The notes: generated by a model from the letters alone, not told the origin. DNA of 62,757 bases, filler included, from Eubacteriales bacterium (GCA_045636665.1; 7 parts of 7 records of this genome joined end to end with filler, not necessarily neighbours in it); one strand, 5' to 3'; counted from the whole stretch's first letter, positions 49,491-61,250 are shown. Program-made: numbers and translations.

Positions 49491-50333
49491 TTATTTGTCA
49501 AGCCATTTCTTTAATTCCGCAATTTGTTTTTCGGCATCGCTAACGCCGATATCATAAACGCCTTGAACCTTTTTGGCATCGTGCTCCATTCTGCCGATGG
49601 TCAGCTCAACGCTTGGACGAATGACAAAAACTTCGCCCGATGCTTCAAGCTCGCGTATATATTCAAGCGTTTTGTTGTATCTTTCGTGAAGCTGAAGCAG
49701 TGCATTGACAAAATTCGGATACTTGCGGTATTTCAGCCTTGCAAAAAGACCGTGCTCCTGCTTTTTTATGTAACCGTCGTGCCGTGTAAGCACCAAAACG
49801 TTCTTTTTATACCCCATTTCTCGGAACGCCTTTATCGGAATGCCGTCGCAACAGCCGCCGTCGAGGTATTTTTTGTTGTTAAGCTCGACAATACGGGAAA
49901 AATAAGGAAGCGAAGCCGAAGCGCGAAGGTAATCGATATCGGCAAGCATATCGTTGATTTTAATATATTCCGCCTTGCCGCTTTCAAGATTGCTTACCGT
50001 TACGAAAAATTCGCTTTTTTGCGCCTTGAACGCTTCAAAATCATAAGGCACGAGCCTTTCGGGCAGGTCGTGATAGGCAAATTGAACGCCGACGATATCG
50101 CCGGTTTTCAAAAAGCTTTTAAAGCTCATAAATCGAGGGTCGTTGCAATATTTGGTGTAATAATCGATGCTTCTTCCCTTTTGATTGGAAAGATAAGAGC
50201 ATCCGTGCGCGGTGCCTGCCGAAACGCCGATAACACCGTCGAAGCTTATTCCGTGCTCCAAAAACTTATCGAGAACGCCTGCAGTATAGATTCCGCGGAA
50301 TCCGCCGCCCTCTAAAACCAAACCCGTTTTCAA
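49491..50333 (-). CDS. Patatin-like phospholipase family protein
   Basis: GLVLEGGG.RG.YTAGVLD, GVSAG, ASASLP, YLDGG. Confidence 0.93.
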   Translation of the reverse strand: MKTGLVLEGGGFRGIYTAGVLDKFLEHGISFDGVIGVSAGTAHGCSYLSNQKGRSIDYYTKYCNDPRFMSFKSFLKTGDIVGVQFAYHDLPERLVPYDFEAFKAQKSEFFVTVSNLESGKAEYIKINDMLADIDYLRASASLPYFSRIVELNNKKYLDGGCCDGIPIKAFREMGYKKNVLVLTRHDGYIKKQEHGLFARLKYRKYPNFVNALLQLHERYNKTLEYIRELEASGEVFVIRPSVELTIGRMEHDAKKVQGVYDIGVSDAEKQIAELKKWLDK

Positions 50334-50468
50334 ATCAATTACCTCGTTATAATTATTTGGTTTATTTTATCATTTTTTTGCGTCTTTTTCAATATGGGCG
50401 TAAATATTTGCATAATTTATATTTTTCGGCAAATGATAATTGCAAGAAAAAACAAAGGAAGAAAAATA

Positions 50469-51314
50469 ATGAAAAAACTGTTTGCTTTAACGTTTTCTAT
50501 ATTACTTTTATTCACACTGCTTCTTTATCCCGCCGCCGAGGGCACCGAGGTGTCTTACGGAAAAAGCTATTCTCTCATTACCCCCGCGTCAAGCGCATAT
50601 CCCGATGACGGAATAAAGCTTACCGACGGTATTTACGGCACAGTCCCCGACGGCAAGAACAATTATTACTCAAGCGCGGCTTACGTCGGCTTTAACCAAA
50701 ACGACGTTGACGAAAACGGCGAGTTTACTGTCATTCTCGACCTCGGCAGAAAATATACCGACCTTTCGGCTTTTACGGTCGGCTTTCTTAACGAAACCGA
50801 CGTTGGTATTTATGCGCCGAAAAGCGTTTCATTTGCGCTGTCCGACGAAAGAAACGGCGAATATAACGAAATCGGCAGCCTCGACACCGCAAAAAGCACG
50901 TCGGGCGGACTTTCCGAAACCTTTGCAATGACACTTGCCGCCGAGGATGCCGAGGGCAGATTCGTTCGCGTTACGGTAAAGCATCTCGGCTCATTTACCG
51001 ACGAAAGCGGAGCAGAGCAGAAGGCAGGTTGGGTTTTTATTGACGAAATAAGCGTTTATTCGTCGGGGAACAGCGGCGCTGTCGGTGACGTTTCAAACGA
51101 TGCGTCAAGCGACGTTACAACCGAAGACTCGACCGCCGAATCAAGCAATTTGCCCGAATCGAGCGACGTGACCGATATTTCCGCGGAATCGAGTTTGCCC
51201 GAGCAGGTACAACCGGGCGATAGCCGAATCCCTTATGTCTTCTGGACGCTTTTGGCAATATCGATGCTCGCAATGACGGGGGCATTGTTCTTGAAGAAAA
51301 AGCAAGTCTTTTAA
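50469..51314 (+). CDS. Secreted discoidin-like protein with C-terminal cell-surface anchor
   Basis: Signal peptide; YPD...LTDG...YVGF...ILDLG...GIYAP...RFVRV...FIDEISVY; S/D-rich linker; QPGD + TM + KKK. Confidence 0.8.
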   Translation: MKKLFALTFSILLLFTLLLYPAAEGTEVSYGKSYSLITPASSAYPDDGIKLTDGIYGTVPDGKNNYYSSAAYVGFNQNDVDENGEFTVILDLGRKYTDLSAFTVGFLNETDVGIYAPKSVSFALSDERNGEYNEIGSLDTAKSTSGGLSETFAMTLAAEDAEGRFVRVTVKHLGSFTDESGAEQKAGWVFIDEISVYSSGNSGAVGDVSNDASSDVTTEDSTAESSNLPESSDVTDISAESSLPEQVQPGDSRIPYVFWTLLAISMLAMTGALFLKKKQVF

Positions 51315-51395
51315 AAATTAACCGAAAAAGCAAGGAATTTAAGAAGCTATAAAAAAATGACGGTGGGCACGAAAGCGTCCGCCGTCGTTTTTGTG

Positions 51396-51424
51396 TTGAC
51401 AAGGCACAATTTATGTGCTACAAT
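51396..51424 (+). promoter_or_regulatory. Sigma-A promoter
   Basis: TTGACA-17 bp-TACAAT with extended TG. Confidence 0.8.
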
Positions 51425-51444
51425 ACCCACACAACAAAAGAATA

Positions 51445-51625
51445 AACGCAGGTCATCGGGCGTGAACGCCCGTTGTCGGAGATATTAATAATATCTTCGG
51501 GGTTAAGGAAATCGCGGTGAAAATCCGCGGCAACAGCCATTACCGTAACTCTTGTAATTGCAAGTCAAGTCGGAATGCTTATCGGTCTGCGACACGTAAA
51601 GGTCTCTTGGGCAAATTGGGGAGAT
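51445..51625 (+). ncRNA. Cobalamin riboswitch
   Basis: GCAGGT...TTAAGGAAATCGCGGTGAAAATCCGCGGCAACAGCCATTACCGTAA...AAGTCGGAA...CTGCG; precedes DUF4430 and ECF genes; boundaries approximate. Confidence 0.85.
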
Positions 51626-51765
51626 GTGTGAATAATTCGGTTAGGGAATGACTCTGACTGTTTTTCGGTATGGGCAGGATACCGTCGTTTTTCGCACCCC
51701 AATGAAGGGTGCTTTTATTTTATCCTTTTGTAAAAAAACATTTTTTTAAAGAAGGGATTTTAAAA

Positions 51766-52182
51766 ATGAAAAGAACAATTTCCATCGCGCTTTTAATCAT
51801 CTGCCTATTCTCGCTTGTTGCCTGCAACAATTCGGTCGATACGACAGGCTTGTGGGAAAATGCGACCTATTTGCAGGACACCGAATTCGGCGAAGGCGCA
51901 AAAACCGTTAAGGTCGAGGTAAAGGTAGAGGAGCAAACGGTCACCTTTACAATCAAGACCGACAAAAAGACTGTCGGCGAGGCGCTTGTCGAAAACGGAC
52001 TGATCTCGGGAGATGAGGGTGCTTTCGGTCTTTATATAAAGAAGGTAAACGGCATTACCGCCGATTACGATATTGACCAAAGCTATTGGGCGTTTTATAT
52101 CAACGGCGAAACGGCAATGACCGGCGTTGATATGACCGATATTGATGAAAATGCAACATACAGACTTGAATACACCAAATAA
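51766..52182 (+). CDS. DUF4430 lipoprotein (putative corrinoid-binding, CbrS-like)
   Basis: Lipobox LVAC; G.YIKKVNGI.AD....YWAFYING..A.TGVD. Confidence 0.85.
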   Translation: MKRTISIALLIICLFSLVACNNSVDTTGLWENATYLQDTEFGEGAKTVKVEVKVEEQTVTFTIKTDKKTVGEALVENGLISGDEGAFGLYIKKVNGITADYDIDQSYWAFYINGETAMTGVDMTDIDENATYRLEYTK

Positions 52183-52729
52183 TTCACAGAAAAAAGCCAA
52201 AAAGAAACCGTTTTTGACCTTACAGGAAATGGCGCTGTTCGCTATGCTCGGGGCAATGATGTTCTGCACGAGAGTGGTTATGGCGGTGCTGCCGAACATT
52301 CACCTGCTCGGAATGTTTATAATGGTATTTACTCTTGTTTTTCGCGCAAAGGCGTTGATTCCTCTTTACGTTTACGTTTTTATCGAGGGTGTTTTTGCGG
52401 GATTTGACATTTGGTGGATTCCATACATATATATTTGGACGATACTTTGGGGATTTACGATGCTTTTGCCGAAAAGAATGCCGAAAAAGGCGGGCTACGT
52501 CGTATATCCGATTGTTTGCGGACTGCACGGACTTCTGTTCGGCATCCTTTACGCTCCCGCACAAGCGCTTTTTTTCGGGTATGACCTTGAAAAGATGCTT
52601 ATTTGGATGTCAACCGGATTGACCTTTGATATACTTCATGCGGTCGGCGACTTTTTTGCAGCTTTTCTTGTTATACCGTTGGCTGACGTATTAAGAAAAA
52701 TATTGGCAAAAAGTGCGATAATGCGATAG
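52142..52729 (+). CDS. ECF transporter S component (CbrT-like, corrinoid uptake); start uncertain
   Basis: About six hydrophobic segments; LPNIHL, W.PY.YIW, GL.FD..HA.G motifs; under the B12 riboswitch. Confidence 0.8.
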   Translation: MMKMQHTDLNTPNNSQKKAKKKPFLTLQEMALFAMLGAMMFCTRVVMAVLPNIHLLGMFIMVFTLVFRAKALIPLYVYVFIEGVFAGFDIWWIPYIYIWTILWGFTMLLPKRMPKKAGYVVYPIVCGLHGLLFGILYAPAQALFFGYDLEKMLIWMSTGLTFDILHAVGDFFAAFLVIPLADVLRKILAKSAIMR

Positions 52730-52879
52730 GCATAAAAACGGACGGAGAACGAATCTCTGTCCGTTTTTGTTATACTGTCTAAAAAACGGGTTGAAATTTG
52801 AAGAACCTACACATTGACTTTTTCTCGATATGGAATTAAAATAAAGTGTCTTTTATTGATTAAAGAGGTTTATGAAATA

Positions 52880-54610
52880 ATGAAATTAATATTAAAATCC
52901 GTTGTTTTATCGCTGTTGTGCCTCTGTATTATGCTTTCTGCGGTTGCTTGCGGTGACGATACGGCAGAATCTGCCTCGACTCCGACTGACGAAAGCGTTG
53001 CAGAAAGCCAACCCGACTCTGAACCAAGTACCGAAGAAAGCGAAATCACAAGCAAGGACGAAGATATGAATTATACCTACAAGCACGTAATAGTTATTGG
53101 TGTTGACGGTGCGGGCAACTTTTTTAAAAAGTCCGAAACACCAAACATCGATAAAATATTCGAAAACGGCGCAGTTACCTACTACGCACTCACCGAAAAC
53201 CCCTCGATAAGCGCACAATGCTGGGGCTCGCTGATGCACGGCGTTACCAATAACGTTCACGGGCTTACCAACGCAATAGTTGAGTCAACGCCATATCCCG
53301 CCGATTCGAAATTCCCGAGCTTTTTCAAGGTCGTTCGCGAAAACGACAAGGACGCGAAAATGGGCTCGTTTTCGAATTGGAACCCGATAAATATCGGCAT
53401 TGTTGAAGACGGCTTAGGCGTTTATAAATACGGCGGAGTTAACGACAAGACGATATGCGACGCGGTTTGCACTTACGTTTCGGCAAACGCGCCCAAGCTC
53501 GTATTCGTTCAGTTTGACGAGGCGGACGGCGCAGGACACTCGGTAGGCTACAACACGCCTTCTCATTTCGCAAAGATAAAAGAAATTGACGGCTATATCG
53601 GCAAGATTTACGAAGCATACGAGCAAAAGGGCATTATCGACGAAACCCTGTTTATCGTCACTGCCGACCACGGCGGCAACGGCAAGGGACACGGCGGATA
53701 TACCGACGGTGAAAAATACATTATGTTTGCGGCAGCAGGCAAAACCGTTGAAAAGGGCACTATCGGTGATATGGCGATCCGCGATACCGCATCGATAGTT
53801 CTCCACGCGTTTGGATATGAACAGCCCGAAAGCTGGACCTCGCGTGTTCCCTCGGGACTTTTTAAGGGCGTAACGGCAGGAGAAAGACCGATTTACGTCG
53901 ATAAGACCTCGAACCGTTACCACGAAACCGTCCCCACTCCCGAAAAGGGAAGCGATGGTTATATCACCAACTTCATCAGCGATATTCCGCTTAAATATTA
54001 TCTCCCCTTTGACGGCGATTCGAAGGATTCCTGCGGCAACACCACCGCCGAAAACGGTAAGCTTTACTTTATCGACGGTTATTTCGGCAAGGGCGTTTCG
54101 CTTGATGACGGTTACGTCAGCATAAAGAACTATGCGCCGCAAAACGACAGCTTCACCGTCGGTATGTGGGTGAACACACCCGGCGTAGCCTCCGACCCCG
54201 TGCTTTTCTCGAACAAGAACTGGGTAAACGGATATAACAACGGTTACGTTCTTTCGCTCCGCAACACAAACGACGTGAAATTCAATTTCGGCAACGGCAC
54301 CGTACGTACCGACAAGGAGGTTCCGCTTCCTTCCGACTACCGCACCGGCTGGATGTACGTTCTTACCGTAGTTGACCGCGAAAAAGCAGAGGTCAAAATT
54401 TCGATAGACTTCGGTGAATTTTCTGTTCTTAAGCTCCCCGAAGCGCTCAAGGACACCTCGGCAAACGCGTTTAACGTGCTTAATATCGGTCAGGACGGTA
54501 CGGGTGTTTACAACGCATCGCTTGCCGCTACGGTTGATGAATTTATGCTCTTTGACGGCGTTTTGGACAAGAATGACGTCGGCAAGCTTAAGGAATATTA
54601 CGGAAAATAA
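52880..54610 (+). CDS. Lipoprotein: alkaline phosphatase/NPP-superfamily domain + LamG-like domain
   Basis: Lipobox AVAC; VIVIGVDG, PSISA..W.S..HG, DEADGAGH, VTADHGG; SFTVGMWV, LNIGQDGTG.Y, VDEFMLFD. Confidence 0.87.
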   Translation: MKLILKSVVLSLLCLCIMLSAVACGDDTAESASTPTDESVAESQPDSEPSTEESEITSKDEDMNYTYKHVIVIGVDGAGNFFKKSETPNIDKIFENGAVTYYALTENPSISAQCWGSLMHGVTNNVHGLTNAIVESTPYPADSKFPSFFKVVRENDKDAKMGSFSNWNPINIGIVEDGLGVYKYGGVNDKTICDAVCTYVSANAPKLVFVQFDEADGAGHSVGYNTPSHFAKIKEIDGYIGKIYEAYEQKGIIDETLFIVTADHGGNGKGHGGYTDGEKYIMFAAAGKTVEKGTIGDMAIRDTASIVLHAFGYEQPESWTSRVPSGLFKGVTAGERPIYVDKTSNRYHETVPTPEKGSDGYITNFISDIPLKYYLPFDGDSKDSCGNTTAENGKLYFIDGYFGKGVSLDDGYVSIKNYAPQNDSFTVGMWVNTPGVASDPVLFSNKNWVNGYNNGYVLSLRNTNDVKFNFGNGTVRTDKEVPLPSDYRTGWMYVLTVVDREKAEVKISIDFGEFSVLKLPEALKDTSANAFNVLNIGQDGTGVYNASLAATVDEFMLFDGVLDKNDVGKLKEYYGK

Positions 54611-54624
54611 AAAAGCATAAAAAG

Positions 54625-54654
54625 AAAGGCGTTGAAAAAAGCAACGCCTTTTTT
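54625..54654. terminator. Terminator between convergent genes
   Basis: AAAGGCGTTG-AAAAAAG-CAACGCCTTTTTT. Confidence 0.75.
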
Positions 54655-54664
54655 GTATGTTGAT

Positions 54665-55132
54665 TTATTTCTTTAAAACAGCTTCCAACAACGCCTTACA
54701 GCCTTCAAAAATATCTTTGTACGCAATATCAAATCTATCGGAATACCACGGGTCTGCAACGTCGCCTCCGCGCGGCGTATATTCCATAAGCTTTGAAATT
54801 TTCGATTCCGGATCTGTACCGAAAATACGGTGCATATTGCGGATATTATTGCTATCCATTCCGATAAACATATCGTACTTACCGTAATCGTCCTTTTTCA
54901 GCTGTACTGCACGTTTGCCGACACATTCTATCCCGTGCTTTTTAAGCTCTGCGCGTGCAGGCGGATAAACAGGGTTGCCGACGCCGTTAAATGATATTTC
55001 CTCGCTGCTCGTAGCGCACGATGACACCGAAAATTTACATGATAAGCCCTTTTCGTCAAGCATTTTTTTGAATATAAACTCCGCCATCGGTGATCGGCAG
55101 ATATTTCCGTGGCAGACAAACATAATTTTCAT
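54665..55132 (-). CDS. Low-molecular-weight protein-tyrosine phosphatase
   Basis: FVCHGNICRSPMAE P-loop; DVADPWY. Confidence 0.95.
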   Translation of the reverse strand: MKIMFVCHGNICRSPMAEFIFKKMLDEKGLSCKFSVSSCATSSEEISFNGVGNPVYPPARAELKKHGIECVGKRAVQLKKDDYGKYDMFIGMDSNNIRNMHRIFGTDPESKISKLMEYTPRGGDVADPWYSDRFDIAYKDIFEGCKALLEAVLKK

Positions 55133-55306
55133 AATAACTCCTCGAAATTCTCAATCGGCAACAGTATTATAACAAATTTTTCGGGCTTTATCAACGGTTG
55201 TGCGAAAAAGCATTTGCAATTGTTTTCTGCGCTTTTTAGTTTTGTGTTGACTTAACTGAAAATGTTATATATAATAGCACATAAGATTTTTGATTTGGAG
55301 CAGATT

Positions 55307-56107
55307 ATGATCGGCATATCCTTAAGATACAGATGGCTTTTAGGCACGAAGGTAGCACATTATGACGATCCGCAGGAGCTTTTACCGCTTTTGTATGAAG
55401 CCGGGGTTAGAAGCATCGAGCTTCGGCCGCTTGCGCCGAACGATGACCCTAATGAGGTTTTGGGTCTTGTGAATTTGCTTTGGAATCAAGGCTTTTTCGT
55501 AACCGTTCACGGCTCGGTCGATACTGTCGAAAACGCAGTCGAGGAGGTTTTTTATCCGTTGCGCGGTGTTTTGGCAAATATGCGTCAGAGCGGGCTTACG
55601 GTTACCCTTCATCCGATAAACGGCGATAACCGCGCGATGCTTTTAAAGCTTTCGGATCATATCAACGAAAACAAGCTTCCCGTTCGTATCGCTTTGGAAA
55701 ACAACAAGCATATGCCCGATAAATCAAACGGCGATTGCACACGGTTCGTGCTTGATATCGTACACGACGTCAACCGCGAAAATATCGGTATTTGCTTCGA
55801 TTTGGGACATTACGCATATTATTGTGCGACACAGACGGATAATCCGATACAAATGCCCGACAAGGAATTTCTCGCACGGACGATTCACACACATATCCAC
55901 GCCTTTACGAACGGAGTTGCGCATTTTCCTCTTACTGAATGGCGCGAGCCGTTTGCAAGTCAGCTTAAAGAGCTTGCAAGGAGTTATAACGGAATCTATA
56001 ACATCGAGCTTTCGCCTCATCGCTACAAAACGCTTTATTGGTCGACCGATTCATTCCTCGCATCGGTTAAAACCCTAAAGGAAAACCTCAAGGAAAGCAT
56101 GAAATAA
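55307..56107 (+). CDS. Xylose isomerase-like TIM barrel protein
   Basis: IALEN, GICFDLGH, IHTHIH, HFPL, YNIEL motifs; GGAG RBS. Confidence 0.82.
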   Translation: MIGISLRYRWLLGTKVAHYDDPQELLPLLYEAGVRSIELRPLAPNDDPNEVLGLVNLLWNQGFFVTVHGSVDTVENAVEEVFYPLRGVLANMRQSGLTVTLHPINGDNRAMLLKLSDHINENKLPVRIALENNKHMPDKSNGDCTRFVLDIVHDVNRENIGICFDLGHYAYYCATQTDNPIQMPDKEFLARTIHTHIHAFTNGVAHFPLTEWREPFASQLKELARSYNGIYNIELSPHRYKTLYWSTDSFLASVKTLKENLKESMK

Positions 56108-56108
56108 C

Positions 56109-56137
56109 AAAAAAGCACTGCCGAAGCAGTGCTTTTT
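56109..56137. terminator. Bidirectional terminator
   Basis: AAAAAGCACTGC-CGAA-GCAGTGCTTTTT. Confidence 0.85.
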
Positions 56138-56150
56138 ATTATACTTTTGA

Positions 56151-56924
56151 TTAGAGAGCCGCGTTGATGATGGTTGCGAAATCGGGAGCCTTAAGAGAAG
56201 CGCCGCCGATAAGACCGCCGTCAACGTTTTCCTTGGAAAGAAGCTCATCGCAGTTCTTAGCGTTCATCGAGCCGCCGTACTGGATGGTGGTTGCCTTAGC
56301 AACGCAATCGCAGTAAAGACCTGCAACGACGTTACGGATGATGCCGCAAACCTCGTCTGCTTGGTCGGAGGTAGCGGTTTTGCCGGTACCGATAGCCCAA
56401 ACGGGTTCGTAAGCGATGATGATGTCCTTCATCTGTTCAGCGGTAACGCCCATAAGAGCGATCTTGGTCTGCATCGAAACGATTTCAGCGGTGATGCCCT
56501 GTTCGCGTTCTTCAAGAAGCTCGCCAACGCAAAGGATAACCTTAAGACCTGCTTCGAGAGCCGCAAGAACACGCTTGTTAACAGTGATATCGGTTTCGCC
56601 GAAGTACTGTCTGCGTTCGCTGTGGCCGATGATAACGTATTTTACGCCGCAAGCAACGAGCATATCAGCGGAAATTTCGCCGGTGTAAGCACCGCTCTTT
56701 TCCCAGTGGCAGTTTTCTGCGCCGATTTCGATAGGCGAGCCTGCAGCAGCCTTAACTGCAGCGTCGATATCAACGTAAGGTACGCAAGCGATAATGCCGC
56801 AGCCGGAGGTATCCTTGCCTTCAAGCTCTGCTTTAATAGCGTTGATAAGCTCAACTGCTTCCGCAGGAGTCTTGTTCATCTTCCAGTTACCTGCGATAAT
56901 AGCTTTTCTGAATTCTTTATTCAT
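56151..56924 (-). CDS. tpiA: Triosephosphate isomerase
   Basis: IAGNWKMN, GAYTGEIS, IGHSERR, AYEPVWAIGTG, YGGS, VDGGLIGGASL. Confidence 0.98.
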   Translation of the reverse strand: MNKEFRKAIIAGNWKMNKTPAEAVELINAIKAELEGKDTSGCGIIACVPYVDIDAAVKAAAGSPIEIGAENCHWEKSGAYTGEISADMLVACGVKYVIIGHSERRQYFGETDITVNKRVLAALEAGLKVILCVGELLEEREQGITAEIVSMQTKIALMGVTAEQMKDIIIAYEPVWAIGTGKTATSDQADEVCGIIRNVVAGLYCDCVAKATTIQYGGSMNAKNCDELLSKENVDGGLIGGASLKAPDFATIINAAL

Positions 56925-57001
56925 GATAGTAGTTTCCTTTTTGATTTCTAATTAATATGAGTATTTATATGAGAGAAACTTTTTGATAAAAGTTTCTCTC
57001 A

Positions 57002-57101
57002 NNNNNNNNNNNNNNNNNNNNNNNNNNNNNNNNNNNNNNNNNNNNTTAATTAATTAANNNNNNNNNNNNNNNNNNNNNNNNNNNNNNNNNNNNNNNNNNN
57101 N
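57002..57101. other. Artificial contig linker
   Basis: N44-TTAATTAATTAA-N44. Confidence 0.99.
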
Positions 57102-58989
<1,888 letters not shown>

Positions 58990-59004
58990 TCCCCCAAAAA
59001 ATAT

Positions 59005-59034
59005 AAAGCAGACGGTTAAACCGTCTGCTTTTTT
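59005..59034 (+). terminator. Terminator after groEL
   Basis: AAAGCAGACGG-TTAAA-CCGTCTGCTTTTTT. Confidence 0.85.
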
Positions 59035-59068
59035 ATGTTTGATTATTGTTTTTTAAGCGTTAAAATGA

Positions 59069-59426
59069 TTATTCAAAAATTGTCATCTTTAACTGACCGT
59101 CGAAAAGCGTCTTTTCAAGCCATTTTATCGACCATTCCATCCATCTTGCGATGTAGGGGATAGTATATTCCTTGGTGCCCCAATCGGGTGCGGTTTCGGC
59201 GGTTGCGCGCGAAAGTCCGTGTCTTCCGTCGGGGAAGATGTGCATTTCACATCCGATGCGCTTATCGGTAAGTGCTCTTGCAAACGCAAGTGAGTTAGCA
59301 ACGGGTACAGCATCGTCTGTTGCGGTGTGCCAGATAAAGCAAGGGCAGGTGCGCTCGTCAACGTTTTCGTCAAGGTTGCCCATATGGTTAAGAGCAAAGT
59401 CGGATCGTAGCCATGTCGTTCTGTGA
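59069..59426 (-). CDS. Alpha/beta hydrolase (esterase), C-terminal fragment
   Basis: PCFIWHTATDDAVPVANS, EMHIFPDGRHGLS catalytic Asp/His segments. Confidence 0.85.
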
Positions 59427-59526
59427 NNNNNNNNNNNNNNNNNNNNNNNNNNNNNNNNNNNNNNNNNNNNTTAATTAATTAANNNNNNNNNNNNNNNNNN
59501 NNNNNNNNNNNNNNNNNNNNNNNNNN
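59427..59526. other. Artificial contig linker
   Basis: N44-TTAATTAATTAA-N44. Confidence 0.99.
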
Positions 59527-60998
59527 GAGGCCTTTATGCTTTCGGGGTCTGTGCGGTAAAGCTTTGCGATGCTCCAAAGGTCTTCGCTTTGGGTGGGGAA
59601 GCAGTAAATCAGCGTCGATTCATCGCTGTCGCCGCTTCTCGCAGTGCGTTTTGTTACCTCGGAAATAAAGCTTTCTTCGCTTTCGGTGAACGTGCATATC
59701 CTTGCGGTGGCGATTATTCGCACGGTCGCACTGCCGTCGGAATGAAGCGTTGCGATGACCTCGTCGGGCATTATTTCCGCGCTTGCCGATGTGAAATCGG
59801 TCGGCAATTCTTGGACAAACACCTTTTCAAAGGGAATCAAATGGTCAAAGCTCTGCACACCCTCTGCCGTATCGCAAAGCAACGTTACGATAAAAGAGCC
59901 GCTTGCCTTAATTCCGTCATCGACGATTTCCGCCGAGGTGCCGAAGCTGTGCGATGACGAGTCGAGAAGCGCTTCGGGCTTGGGTGACATAACGGGCAGC
60001 TTGGTTTCTTCCGAAAAGGAGTTTTCGGTTCTTGAATGCTCGTGGGGAAGCGCAACCGTCGCGCGGACGGGTGTGCCGTCAAAATCCTTTTCGAACATAT
60101 CGTCGGCAACCGTGTGGGCGAATTGCTCGTTTATCTTAAGACGAAGCGAAACCGAAAAATCGCTTTTAACAACTCTCGATTCTCCGTATTGGTCGAGCTC
60201 GGGTGTGAAGGCGCAGTCGGTGGGAATGAGCTTTACCGAAATGTGCTTTTGCTCCTCAATAGCGTCGTTGCTGTAGTCGATATTTATCGGCAGGCTTTTC
60301 ACCGAGGTGAAATATTTGCCCTCGCCGTTTTCTTCCTCGCAAAGCGTATGAACGGTCGCAACCGTCTTTATTTCGACTCTGCCGGGCGAAAAGGTGACGG
60401 CAGGCGTGCGGATATCGACGCTGCCGCAAATAATTTCACCGATTGCCCTTTCGCTTTGCGCAAGAGCGAGCATTTCGGAGAATTTATAAGTGCCTTCGTG
60501 CATCGCCGTTTTTCCGTCGTAGCCGATGGTCTTTTTGCGGAAAAATGCCGATTTGTCTTCGGTTACGGCAACCGCCTTTACGGGGGATTCGCCCTCAATT
60601 TCAAATTTCGTTGCCAATCCGACCTTAACCGAAACCCTGCGAGGGCTTAAAAGCTTACAGCTTATCCTTTCGCAATCCGCCTCGGCAAACGCCTGCAAAT
60701 TGATCGCGTTGGATTTGGGAATGGGAACGGTTTGGCTGAACTCCTGTGTGAAATTACAGCACCGCAATCGCCTTTTGTAATCGGTTTCATAAAGTATGTC
60801 GTAAACCGCCTTGCCCTTAAGCGTGGCTTTTCCGTCTTGAACGGTAACGCTTTCGGTAAAAGGGGTGCAATCGACCTTAACGATTCTCGAAACGTCGGGA
60901 CTGAATTCGGGAATCGTCGCATCAAGCTCAAGGTCTTTGTCAACCTTTGAGGTAAAGACCTTTTTCGGTATCAATATTTCGTTTGTTGTAATCGGCAA
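59527..60998 (-). CDS. SipL-like spore coat morphogenetic protein (SPOCS/DUF3794 repeats + LysM), 3'-truncated
   Basis: IPEFSPDVSRIVK, GK...KG...YDILY, F...I segments repeated; C-terminal EDLWSIAKLY LysM; TTG start after GAAAGGG. Confidence 0.82.
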
Positions 60999-61027
60999 AA
61001 TCTTCGCGCCCTTTCGTTTTTTATAAA

Positions 61028-61056
61028 AATATATGAGCCGCCTTTTAAGAATATGC
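61028..61056 (-). promoter_or_regulatory. Sigma-E-type sporulation promoter
   Basis: GCATATT-14 bp-CATATATT on the minus strand upstream of the SipL-like gene. Confidence 0.6.
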
Positions 61057-61086
61057 ATATATTAAAAGTGAAAGGTTGTGATTTCG

Positions 61087-61236
61087 ATGCGATGCGGTTT
61101 TGCAAAGTCGATCGGTTTATCGGCATTGACCTTCGGCGCAGGTGTTTTGCTTTGCCTTGTGCTTCCGCTCGGAGCTTTGGTGTTTGTCGAGGCGGCGCTT
61201 ATCGTCGGTGCGGGTGCGGTTCTATTTATTAAATAA
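61087..61236 (+). CDS. 49-aa two-helix membrane protein upstream of spoVM
   Basis: MRCGFAKSIGLSALTFGAGVLLCLVLPLGALVFVEAALIVGAGAVLFIK; GAAAGGT RBS; below the ORF-track cutoff. Confidence 0.7.
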   Translation: MRCGFAKSIGLSALTFGAGVLLCLVLPLGALVFVEAALIVGAGAVLFIK

Positions 61237-61250
61237 GGTTGGTGTTTTTT

